From an uncultured Candidatus Saccharibacteria bacterium (GTDB taxonomy: Bacteria > Patescibacteriota > Minisyncoccia > JAHISW01 > Tagabacteraceae): 64,000 nt of DNA. The number at the start of each line of letters is the position of its first letter. The stretch's first letter is position 1. A model generated the notes under the pieces. That model ran no database searches and had not been told where the DNA came from. It saw only the letters and a program-made list of their open reading frames with translations. A program made the translations under genes and the position numbers. Of the stretch, positions 37,621-46,662 are shown one piece after another. The stretch spans positions 34,376 through 98,375 of the forward strand of contig CAZRMW010000001.1 in the NCBI GenBank assembly GCA_964601305.1, given 5' to 3'.

Positions 37621-38883
37621 CTACAAGTTTTTTGGTCTTTCGTCAAGTTTTATGGCTACATTCACCTCCTCTCCGTCTCGTAAAATTTTAATAGGAATTT
37701 CTTGCCCAACACGAGAATTATTTATAAGTTCACTCAAAATATTGTCTTTATTTAATTTTTTTCCATTAAACTCTAAAACAATATCTCCTTCTTTTAATCC
37801 TGCTTTTTCTGCTGGACTATCCTTCATTATAGCTGATTGTCCGTCCATCCCTCTTTCTAAAACTACTCCTTCTCCCTCCTCAACCAAATTGTATCTAACT
37901 CCCAAATAAGCAAAACGAACTTCTCCAAACTCTCTCACATCTGCCAAATTTTTCTTAGTTATATTTATAGGCAATGCAAAACCAACATTTTCTGCTTCTT
38001 GAGCTACTGCAGTATTTATGCCAACAACTTGCCCGTTTAAATTCAAAAGTGGCCCACCAGAGTTTCCATGATTTATAGCTGAATCGGTTTGGATAATTTT
38101 TTGCAGTGGCACAATTTCCCCAGTAGAACTTTGGGCTGCAATCTCTCTGTTTAATCCTGATATTATTCCAACAGAAACAGAATTTTGAAACTTTCCCAAA
38201 GTATTTCCAATAGCAACTACTGTTTGACCAGCTTTTATTTTATCTGAATTTGCAAAAGGGATATAATTAAATTTTTTATCTTTGTCTTCTTCAGGCCTGT
38301 CTGCCGGCGAGGCAGGCAAAACAACTTTTAGTATCGCTATATCTTGATATTGATCTCTGGCTAAAACATCTACAGAAAGTTTATCTCCATTTTTTAATAT
38401 AATTGAATACCTTGCGTCTTTATCAGCTACCACATGTTTGTTTGTTAATAAATATCCGTCGTTTGAAACAAAAAACCCAGTGGCAGTAGATACTTCTACG
38501 GCTTCTGTGCCATTTTGCCTATATTGTGGTACTTGTATTTCTGGAAAAAAACTATACGGATTTATGAAATATTTTTCTATTACTGGAATGTCTTTTGTGG
38601 CTACAACACTAACAACTGCAGGGGAGTATTTTTCTACCAAATTCACCACCAAGTCTTCCTGACTAACAGCGCTCAAAACATTTGCTTGTCCAATATTAAC
38701 ATTACCAGTACTACCAGGGGAAACAGTTTCTATCGTTTTTTCTATAACCTTACTTACAGTTTGAGTAATCGGAGAAGGAGCCTGTGTAACTAAAGTAGCA
38801 GTAACTATGCCTGTAAAAACAGAGGTTACAAAGGTAACTAAAAGAACCAATAATATAAATTGTGGTCTTGTAAGATCTTCCAT
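37621..38883 (-). CDS. HtrA/DegP serine protease with PDZ domain
   Basis: TNKHVV, DIA, DSAINHGNSGGPL. Confidence 0.93.
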   Translation of the reverse strand: MEDLTRPQFILLVLLVTFVTSVFTGIVTATLVTQAPSPITQTVSKVIEKTIETVSPGSTGNVNIGQANVLSAVSQEDLVVNLVEKYSPAVVSVVATKDIPVIEKYFINPYSFFPEIQVPQYRQNGTEAVEVSTATGFFVSNDGYLLTNKHVVADKDARYSIILKNGDKLSVDVLARDQYQDIAILKVVLPASPADRPEEDKDKKFNYIPFANSDKIKAGQTVVAIGNTLGKFQNSVSVGIISGLNREIAAQSSTGEIVPLQKIIQTDSAINHGNSGGPLLNLNGQVVGINTAVAQEAENVGFALPINITKKNLADVREFGEVRFAYLGVRYNLVEEGEGVVLERGMDGQSAIMKDSPAEKAGLKEGDIVLEFNGKKLNKDNILSELINNSRVGQEIPIKILRDGEEVNVAIKLDERPKNL

Positions 38884-38892
38884 GTGTTTTAA

Positions 38893-39336
38893 TTATACCT
38901 CTTTTTCTTCTTTTTTTAAATTCTCTATTACTTTTTTGAAAGCCTGATCAGCTAAAACAGAACAATGTACTTTTATTGCCGGAAGTCCGCCCAGTTCTTT
39001 TATAATATCTTGGGGTGTAATTTTTAGCGCTTCGTCTATCGTTTTCCCCTTAACCATTTCTGAAAAAACGGAAGTAGAAGCAATGGCCGTAGCACACCCA
39101 AAAGTCCGCCATTTTAAATCTTTTATTTTAGATTGCTTGCCCTGCCCGGCGGGGTCCAGTTTCACCCACATTTTCATTACATCACCACAAGCTGGAGAGC
39201 CAACTTCTCCCACAGCATCAAACTCCCCTTCTTTAGGGTCTTTGAGTAAAACATTTTTAGGATTGAAAAAATGATCTTTTACCTTGTCAGAATAAAACCA
39301 TTCTTGATCTTCTTTTTTTATATCTGCTTTTGTCAT
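38893..39336 (-). CDS. iscU: Fe-S scaffold IscU/NifU
   Basis: DHFFNPKN, GSPACGDVM, FGCATAIAS, KVHC. Confidence 0.92.
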   Translation of the reverse strand: MTKADIKKEDQEWFYSDKVKDHFFNPKNVLLKDPKEGEFDAVGEVGSPACGDVMKMWVKLDPAGQGKQSKIKDLKWRTFGCATAIASTSVFSEMVKGKTIDEALKITPQDIIKELGGLPAIKVHCSVLADQAFKKVIENLKKEEKEV

Positions 39337-39363
39337 TTTATTTATGTTTATTAATTCAAAAAA

Positions 39364-39496
39364 CAATATTAAATTTTAAAAATTTATCGCAGGCTGAGCG
39401 GGCATGGTTTTTTCTGAAAGAAAAAGAGCGAAGCCGAGATATAAGCAAATTTTTCACGCTGGGAAAAATATTGCGTTTTTTAAAATTTAGATATTG
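39364..39496. mobile_element. MITE-like element with ~20-bp terminal inverted repeats
   Basis: CAATATTAAATTTTAAAAA ... TTTTTAAAATTTAGATATTG. Confidence 0.55.
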
Positions 39497-39507
39497 GTTT
39501 TTAGAAA

Positions 39508-40725
39508 TTATCTCACAGAAGAAATTCCTTTTAATTTTAAAATAATATCTGGCAAAATTTTTAATACATAGTCTACTTCTTTTTTTGTAGTCTCTTTGCC
39601 CATCGTAAATCTAAGCGAACCATGAGCATATTCATGTCCCATACCAATCGCACGTATCACGTGTGAAGGCTCCAAACTATCCGAAGTACACGCCGAGCCC
39701 GTAGAGCAAGCCACGCCCTTAGCATCAAGATATAGCACCATTGCTTCTCCCTCCACACCACGTACAGATATATTTACATTATTAGGAAGCCTATCTTCTC
39801 TTGAACCATTTAAAACACTGTTTGGTATCGTTTTTAATAATTTATCTATAAAATAATCCCTAATTCCAATAAGTCTTTTTGATTCTTTTTCTTTATTTTT
39901 TTGAACTAATTCAAGCGCTTCTCCAAAACCCACAATTCCAGATACATTTTCCGTACCAGACCTTAAGCCCATTTCTTGCCCACCGCCTACGACCATCGGA
40001 TCTATTTTAATTCCTCTTTTTTTATAGAGCATTCCTACACCCTTTGGCCCATATATTTTAGAACCATTTAAAGTCATTAAGTCTACACCCAATTTCAAAA
40101 CATTTAGATCCAAATAAGCCGGTGCTTGCACAGCATCTGTATGTATCAGTGGAGTTTGCAGGTTGTAGGTTGTAGGTTGTAGGCTTTTTTTGAAATTTCT
40201 GATTATTTTTGCGATTTCACGAATTGGCTGTATAGCACCAATTTCATTGTTTGCATACATTATAGAAACCAAAACAGTCTCTTTTCTTAAAGATTCCTTT
40301 AATTGTTTCAAATCTACAATGCCATTTTTATCTACATTTAAATAAGTAATTTCCCAGCCACTTTTTTCTAATCTTTCACAAGCATGAAGCACAGCGTGAT
40401 GCTCTATTTTTGACGTAATAATATGCTTGACACCCTCTCTGTTGGAAGTCGGACTTCCAACAGAATTGGCTATGCCGAAAATTGCTAAATTATCACTCTC
40501 TGTGCCACCGCCAGTAAAAATAATCTCGTCTGAATGGGCGTTTATTGTCTGTGCCACTTTTAATCTAGCCTCCGAAATTGCTTTTTTGGCTTCCCTGCCT
40601 TCTTCATAAATAGAAGATGGATTGCCAAAAACATCGCTAAAAAACGACTCCATTGCTTTTTTAACTTTTGGATCTAAATATGTGGTAGCTGAATGATCTA
40701 AATATATCCTTTTATCTTTATTCAT
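39508..40725 (-). CDS. iscS: Cysteine desulfurase IscS/NifS
   Basis: YLDHSATT, GGTESDN, HTDAVQ, SKIYGPKG, STGSAC; start trimmed to 40725. Confidence 0.95.
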   Translation of the reverse strand: MNKDKRIYLDHSATTYLDPKVKKAMESFFSDVFGNPSSIYEEGREAKKAISEARLKVAQTINAHSDEIIFTGGGTESDNLAIFGIANSVGSPTSNREGVKHIITSKIEHHAVLHACERLEKSGWEITYLNVDKNGIVDLKQLKESLRKETVLVSIMYANNEIGAIQPIREIAKIIRNFKKSLQPTTYNLQTPLIHTDAVQAPAYLDLNVLKLGVDLMTLNGSKIYGPKGVGMLYKKRGIKIDPMVVGGGQEMGLRSGTENVSGIVGFGEALELVQKNKEKESKRLIGIRDYFIDKLLKTIPNSVLNGSREDRLPNNVNISVRGVEGEAMVLYLDAKGVACSTGSACTSDSLEPSHVIRAIGMGHEYAHGSLRFTMGKETTKKEVDYVLKILPDIILKLKGISSVR

Positions 40726-40816
40726 AAAAAAATTATACGATTTTTTTGCATTATTGGCAAACAAAAAAGCCCTGTGCAAGCAGAGCTTTTTGAGTAAGTT
40801 TGAGCGAGGTCCAACC

Positions 40817-41410
40817 TCACTCATTTAAAATTTTGTCGATTAGAGCGGCCGTTTTATCGACAGTTTTAACCGGATTATTATAAAAATTATACCGCACAAC
40901 CCCCTTTTTGTCGACAATGACAAGGTGGGGCCAACCTCCTAACCCATACGAAGCTGTCGCCTTTATAACTCCAGACCCATGTTGTTTTTTGCTAACAATC
41001 AAGACCGTCGATAAAAAAGGTCCAAACTTTGTCTTAAACCCTTCAAACTCTTGAGGGTTTTTTGATGTCCACGGCACGCCCACAACTTTCACATCCTCGC
41101 GCGACTCATACTTTTCCGCCAGTTTATTCAGAACTTTGACCTGCTCACGGCAGAGAGGCGCACCAGGTCACCAGAAAGCCAAAACAGTAACACTCCCTTT
41201 AGAAAACTCGGAGAATTTCACATTGTCTCCGGTATCAATATTGGTTGCCGTAAAATCCGGCGCCATTTTGTCCACTGCGGAATTTGTTTCAACAACAACC
41301 ACCGGAGTGTCCTCTTCCACGGAAGTATTGAAGGCACCTGCTGTGCCAACAAAAAGAAGTGAGAAAATCGCCATCGCCAGAATCGTTAGAGTTAAAAGTC
41401 TCGTTTTCAT
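40817..41410 (-). pseudogene. TlpA/AhpC-TSA thioredoxin-fold protein interrupted by in-frame TGA (pseudogene or recoded)
   Basis: Signal peptide, APDFT, VLAFW*PGAPLCREQ, GWPHLVIVDKKGVVR all in one frame; TGA at 41168-41170. Confidence 0.8.
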
Positions 41411-41470
41411 CGCTCTTCTCCTTGTATTGTTTAGGTTTTGTAAAATAAATCTCTATCCCTAGATAAGCAT

Positions 41471-42121
41471 TTAAAAATACTCTTGTAAATAGCACTTTCT
41501 ATGAACATCCAAAATACCATTTTTCTTTATTGCTTCGTAATGTTTTTTTGTACCATATCCTTTGTGGCAGTCGAAACAATATTCTGGATAAATTTTGTGT
41601 AGTTTTTTCATTTTTCTATCTCTTTTTACTTTCGCCATTATTGAAGCAGCAGAAATAATAGAAATTTTTTCATCTCCCTTTATAACTGTTTTTTGATTAT
41701 AATGTTTCGGCGCCTTTAACCCTCCGTCTAATAAAACTAAACAATTTTGCGTCGACATCGGGTGTCGATGTAGATGTAGTTTTCGCAAAGCGTGATTTAA
41801 TGCTAGTTTTGTAGCTTTTTGTATACCAATTTTGTCTATAACTTTTGGACCCACCATTGCCACGCTATAGCTAAAATTATTTTTTATTATTTCAAACCAA
41901 TCTTCTCTTTTTTTTTCAGAAAGCTTTTTAGAGTCTTTTATACCTTTCAAAAATTGAAAATTGAGTTTTGAAAATTTATTGAAAATTGAAAATTGAAAAT
42001 TAGAAATTGTTGTTGCAACAGCAGCAACTGCCACCGGTCCGGCCAGTGGCCCTCTCCCCGCCTCGTCTATTCCAACAATAATGCATTCTTTTTTATCCTT
42101 CATATTCTTCATTAACTTCAT
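41471..42121 (-). CDS. rnhB: Ribonuclease HII
   Basis: GIDEAGRGPLAGPV, DSKKL, LDG, KGD, SAASIMAKV, HKGYGT. Confidence 0.96.
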   Translation of the reverse strand: MKLMKNMKDKKECIIVGIDEAGRGPLAGPVAVAAVATTISNFQFSIFNKFSKLNFQFLKGIKDSKKLSEKKREDWFEIIKNNFSYSVAMVGPKVIDKIGIQKATKLALNHALRKLHLHRHPMSTQNCLVLLDGGLKAPKHYNQKTVIKGDEKISIISAASIMAKVKRDRKMKKLHKIYPEYCFDCHKGYGTKKHYEAIKKNGILDVHRKCYLQEYF

Positions 42122-42189
42122 ATTACCATTTTAGATAAATTATCCAAAAATCATCGACCGCATAAAATTGGATAGTTTTTAAAAACAAA

Positions 42190-42231
42190 AACATCATACA
42201 TCCTTGGCGATAGCACTAGATATATGATGTT
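42190..42231. repeat. 42-bp GC-GATA-GC hairpin element
   Basis: AACATCATACATCCTTGGCGATAGCACTAGATATATGATGTT. Confidence 0.75.
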
Positions 42232-42254
42232 TAAGATAGACAAAACAAAACAGA

Positions 42255-42287
42255 AAAAAGCAGAGCCCTCGTAAGAGGGCTCTTTTT
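42255..42287 (-). terminator. Intrinsic terminator
   Basis: agagccctcgtaagagggctct flanked by A/T runs. Confidence 0.7.
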
Positions 42288-42315
42288 GTTTTGTTCCGCT
42301 GGAGCGGAACAGTGA

Positions 42316-42696
42316 TCAACATCCGTTGCGTGCAACCGGTCGGTAGACGGCGATATTCCGCAGAGATCCGATGGCGTCCATGTAAGACCAATGCCGGGAT
42401 CTGACGATGTCGTATAAATTGAGTTTACGGGTGGCGCTGGCAATGTTCATCCGGAACTTTCCATTATAGTAGATGACGGCAGTGGCCAGCAGAGCAAGGG
42501 TGAAGATGGCAGCCGCGACGACCACGATCAGTGGCAGCGCCGGTCCGAAGGTTATGGTGGTAAGACTCGAAAAACTTTTCAGCATGGTGCCGATGACGCC
42601 GACGCTCGCAGTGGCCGATGCCGTCATCGCCGTGATGGTAACTCCAACTACGAGGGCAACAATGAGCCCTATGAGAAATACGGCAAATCTGTTCAT
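42316..42696 (-). CDS. GC-rich hypothetical membrane protein
   Basis: AAGGAGG SD; TTGACA-16-TATACT promoter at 42782-42809. Confidence 0.7.
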   Translation of the reverse strand: MNRFAVFLIGLIVALVVGVTITAMTASATASVGVIGTMLKSFSSLTTITFGPALPLIVVVAAAIFTLALLATAVIYYNGKFRMNIASATRKLNLYDIVRSRHWSYMDAIGSLRNIAVYRPVARNGC

Positions 42697-42847
42697 AACA
42701 TCCTCCTTTTGTGCCTATTTAAAGGCTTTTTGTGGGAAAATCCCGTTTCAAACTTATATTTGGTTTTTAAACCTGATATTTAGTATACTCTTATACAAAA
42801 CATTGTCAACCCCGTCATTCGACGAGGCGAAGCCTCTTTGTGGATAA

Positions 42848-44608
42848 TTATTTGAGCTTCTCTATCTCTTTGCTAAGATATTTCTTCATTTTTACTACAG
42901 TGCTTTTCAACCCTTTTAGAGAATTATTTATCATTTCTTTGTCTTCAGATTTAAATTTTTGTTTTTTCAAACTCTTTTCTAAATCTTCCATATCGTTTTC
43001 CATAAGTTTGCTCAGTTTTTTTATATCTCTTCCAACAATTATTTTATATGCGCTCCTTTTCTCTTTTTCAGAAACATAATACCAAGCCACAAAAGATCCA
43101 ACAGAAGAAAAAATTAAAACTAAAATAATAACTATCTCAAACCACCCGAAATCCACAACACCCAAAGAAATTATTGTTTTTGCTGTAATTTTAAAAGATA
43201 TTGGCTCTGTATTGTAGCTTACGCCACCCCTATCGTCTCTTGATGAAATCAAAAACTTATATTCTCCCCCCTGAAACGGCTCTTCTATTACAACTTCCCA
43301 ATTGCCAACCTTATTGCTCTCTGAAAAAGTAGTAAAAATTATCTGATCATCTTTTAAAATCTTTACATCCACAAACCCATTTGGAACAGCCTTTCCAGAA
43401 GCAAACAAAAACTCGCCTCCAGAAACTTTTTTTGTTATAAAATCTACTACCGGTTTTTCAAGAGGAATTATTTCAAACTTAATGTCATCTTCCACGCTGT
43501 TTCCTGCCTTATCGAAAACACGCACCACTAAATCGTGCTCCCCTGGAGATTGAGGAGGCAACAACAAAAACTCATCTGTAGATTCTACCGCCTCTTTTCC
43601 ATCAATAAAAATCAAAGCGTGAGAATAACCAGAAAGACTATCTTGTGTTTTAAACTCTATCTCGGGGACAGGATTGTCGCTAACAAACGAACTGATTTGC
43701 GTTTCAAAAGGGAGAGGTGAAGTTGTGTCTATGGCAATTTTATAATGAGTCACCTCTCCCCAACCTTTATTGTTTTTAAATTGTACATGTACATAGTGTA
43801 TTCCTTCACTCAAAACTCCTATATTTTTACCTGTAAAAAGTTCTTCTTCGGAAGTGGTAGGCTCTGACGACACTTTTGCGTTTACCTCTACTGCAACTTT
43901 TATTACATCTTCAGGAACATCCCACAAAACTATTGTATTTCCTTGGTGGTTGTACCATTTCCCATGCTCAGGATAAAAAGGAACTCTAACAACCGGAGCC
44001 TCGGGCGCATCTACTGCTTTTACAGCTACTCGTTCAACTCTTTGCGGAAGCTCTTCTTTTTCAACCTCTTGCGGAACAAAAGGGATTTCAGCTTCTATAG
44101 TTTTTGCGCCAATTTTTATTTTTGTGCCTGCCATTTCAGAAAGCACATTTGTGCCTTTTCCATCGTTTGCAGTAACCACAGATTCATCAAAAGAAATGTT
44201 TGCAACACCAGTACCAACAACCTTGAAGTTTATTCTAACAATTTGAAGTGCCCCACCAGAGACACCCTTTGCAGTGCCCCCGATAAAACTTACTCGCCCC
44301 AGCTCATTGTTTATTTCTGGTTCGTCTATCCAAAAATTAAAAACAGAACTATTTTTATCTGTACTAACAACCTCTAAAATATTGTTCGAAAAATTTACTG
44401 TAGACTGAACCGCATTTATAAAAACATCGCTTGTATCTACTTTTACATCTACAGAAAATTCCTGTCCACGCGCAAAAGTCTTCCCTTCTGGAAGCAAATA
44501 AAGAGTAGATGCATTAGCAGAAGGCGCAAACGCCAGAATAAAGAATAAAGAATAAAGAATAAAGTTGCTTAACTTTAAAATATTCATAATTCGTGATTCA
44601 TAATTCAT
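42848..44608 (-). CDS. Cohesin-domain surface protein with Ig-like domains and C-terminal TM
   Basis: FSVDVKVDT...INAVQSTVNF...FNFWIDEP; C-terminal TM and cytoplasmic helix. Confidence 0.75.
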   Translation of the reverse strand: MNYESRIMNILKLSNFILYSLFFILAFAPSANASTLYLLPEGKTFARGQEFSVDVKVDTSDVFINAVQSTVNFSNNILEVVSTDKNSSVFNFWIDEPEINNELGRVSFIGGTAKGVSGGALQIVRINFKVVGTGVANISFDESVVTANDGKGTNVLSEMAGTKIKIGAKTIEAEIPFVPQEVEKEELPQRVERVAVKAVDAPEAPVVRVPFYPEHGKWYNHQGNTIVLWDVPEDVIKVAVEVNAKVSSEPTTSEEELFTGKNIGVLSEGIHYVHVQFKNNKGWGEVTHYKIAIDTTSPLPFETQISSFVSDNPVPEIEFKTQDSLSGYSHALIFIDGKEAVESTDEFLLLPPQSPGEHDLVVRVFDKAGNSVEDDIKFEIIPLEKPVVDFITKKVSGGEFLFASGKAVPNGFVDVKILKDDQIIFTTFSESNKVGNWEVVIEEPFQGGEYKFLISSRDDRGGVSYNTEPISFKITAKTIISLGVVDFGWFEIVIILVLIFSSVGSFVAWYYVSEKEKRSAYKIIVGRDIKKLSKLMENDMEDLEKSLKKQKFKSEDKEMINNSLKGLKSTVVKMKKYLSKEIEKLK

Positions 44609-44626
44609 AATTCTTTTGTATTAAAA

Positions 44627-46099
44627 TTAAATTTTTATGTTTTTTAAAAATATACTAAAATCTATAATATCTATTTTACCATTACCGTCTAAATCTATTT
44701 CTCTTCTAAGCGATTTTTCTTTAGACCCCCATCTAAACAAAAACATACTCCAATCTACAACATTTATAGAATTGTCTTTGTTAAAATCTGCTTTAGGAAA
44801 ACTTAGAGACGACACTCTAAAAGAACGCGGAAAAGAAAAACCACTATCTTTTCCTTCTTTGTTTGTTTGACCAACACGAACTTGAAAATCCCCTGCCCCC
44901 AAATTGCTTGGATTTAAAATAAATTCATAATAACCATTATTATTAGCTTTTGTTTCTTCTTTTATTATATCACCTACCTCTATTTTTACTGCACTTCCTG
45001 CTGTGGAATACCCAAATATTTTTATATTTTTGTCTAGTGTAAAAATACCGTTACCAAAATTTATTGTTGGTGGGAAAAGGATATCTCTAGCTACTAAACT
45101 TTTTTCAGAATTAAAATCTACATTAAATGACATTGACCCAGTTTTTTGTCCCATTTTATCTATAGCCCTAATACTAAAAAAGTATCTGCCTGTAAGAAAA
45201 GCTGTGTAAGATATATTAAACTCTCCGCTACTTGATATATTGTATGTACTAAGTGGTACATTTCTATATACATCGCTAACATCATCTCTAAATAAAACCT
45301 CCACTTCGCTTCTTGGAAAAGCTTTGCCAGAAAAAAGAACTCTTGTGGGAGCCACCCCTCCACCCGTAGGAGTAGATATGCTTGGTTGCCCACCAGATCC
45401 ATTTGTGACTGTAGTAGCCTCACTTGGCACATTAGATAAACTTGAAGTGTTTGGAACTTCGTCGGATACTTTAATAGCAAAGTAATAAGTAGTATTTGCA
45501 CTAAGCCCGGAAACTGTCATACTCTCAGAGCTTCCCGCCACACTTGGTGTGGGCTCTCCTGTGACCTGTGTTGCATTATTAAAATCTGTGTCGTTTGTGA
45601 TGTTTGAGGTTGAATAACGAACATCGTAAGTTGTGGTAGTTCCCGAACCAGCGTCATCGCCTGGTGCTGTCCACGAGAGATTTATGGAAGTTTGGGTAGC
45701 CCCTAAAGCGGTTAAATTATTCACCGCCGACGGTGCTGTAGTATCAGAAGGCGGAGTTGTATATGTAAAACCACCAACTAAAGTTCCCGATTTACCATCT
45801 GATGTACGAGTATAAACAACATCCTGTGCCCCAGCTGTGCCACTAGGAGTTGTCGCTGTCATCTCTGTGCTACTTACAATAATAAGATTTGTTACTGACC
45901 CCCCACCAATAGTCAGCGTTCCTGCTGCAAAACCTGTCCCACCGATAGTTACATCGATCCCTCCCGCCGTTGAACCAGAAGTGGGAGAAATAGAATTAAC
46001 ACTTGGTGCTGGTGCAGCAAAGACACTCCCTGTACTTAAAAAATAGAGGAATAAAAAAACTACTAAAAATTTTAATGAGTGCCCACAAAAATATCTCAT
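44627..46099 (-). CDS. Secreted IPT/TIG, FN3 and dockerin protein
   Basis: SISPTSGSTAGG..VTIGGTGF; LSWTAPGDD; ADFNKDNSINVVDWS and DLDGNGKIDIIDFS. Confidence 0.8.
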   Translation of the reverse strand: MRYFCGHSLKFLVVFLFLYFLSTGSVFAAPAPSVNSISPTSGSTAGGIDVTIGGTGFAAGTLTIGGGSVTNLIIVSSTEMTATTPSGTAGAQDVVYTRTSDGKSGTLVGGFTYTTPPSDTTAPSAVNNLTALGATQTSINLSWTAPGDDAGSGTTTTYDVRYSTSNITNDTDFNNATQVTGEPTPSVAGSSESMTVSGLSANTTYYFAIKVSDEVPNTSSLSNVPSEATTVTNGSGGQPSISTPTGGGVAPTRVLFSGKAFPRSEVEVLFRDDVSDVYRNVPLSTYNISSSGEFNISYTAFLTGRYFFSIRAIDKMGQKTGSMSFNVDFNSEKSLVARDILFPPTINFGNGIFTLDKNIKIFGYSTAGSAVKIEVGDIIKEETKANNNGYYEFILNPSNLGAGDFQVRVGQTNKEGKDSGFSFPRSFRVSSLSFPKADFNKDNSINVVDWSMFLFRWGSKEKSLRREIDLDGNGKIDIIDFSIFLKNIKI

Positions 46100-46109
46100 T
46101 TAAACAAAT

Positions 46110-46601
46110 TTATTTTTTCCTTTTTTTCTTTTTTGGTTTAACTTCTTTTTTTGTCTCTTCTTCAGATTCTTTTTCTTCTGCCATTCCCTCTATTTTTTCT
46201 GGCGCTCCACTGTTGCCAGGCCTGCTTTCGTCTCCAAAAAAATCTTTTACTTTATCTACGATTTCAGACACAGCATGTTGAGATTTTACTATGTAGTCGT
46301 GTGCGCCAAGCCTCAACCCCTTTTTAATATCATCGTCACTCCCAAGCATTGTGAGAATCATCACAGGAATTTTTTTGGTATTTGGATCTTTTTTAATATC
46401 TTTAAGTACATCAAACCCGTGTAGCTCTGGCAAAATAAGATCAAGTAAAACTAAATCTGGTTTTTTAGATTGCACCAATTTCAGGCCTTTTTCACCATCA
46501 TAAGCTTGATCCACTCCATAATTAGCTTCTTTTAGCTCTTCTTTTATGACTTTTGACAACACTTTGTCGTCTTCTATTAAAACTATTTTTGTTTTCTCCA
46601 T
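46110..46601 (-). CDS. Single-domain response regulator with charged tail
   Basis: IEDD, LLDLILP, ILT, YIVK. Confidence 0.92.
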   Translation of the reverse strand: MEKTKIVLIEDDKVLSKVIKEELKEANYGVDQAYDGEKGLKLVQSKKPDLVLLDLILPELHGFDVLKDIKKDPNTKKIPVMILTMLGSDDDIKKGLRLGAHDYIVKSQHAVSEIVDKVKDFFGDESRPGNSGAPEKIEGMAEEKESEEETKKEVKPKKKKRKK

Positions 46602-46662
46602 TTTATTTATGTCGTTTAACTAATATTATTATTCTAACAAAAAAAATGCTTATTCTCTAGTT

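Noticed and set aside
41168-41170. Genome-wide UGA=Gly/Trp recoding
   Set aside because: Long core genes are uninterrupted in the standard code and several genes end in TGA (e.g. 34422, 50478, 58607)
42839-42847. DnaA box as a replication origin
   Set aside because: Single perfect box with no cluster and no dnaA/dnaN nearby
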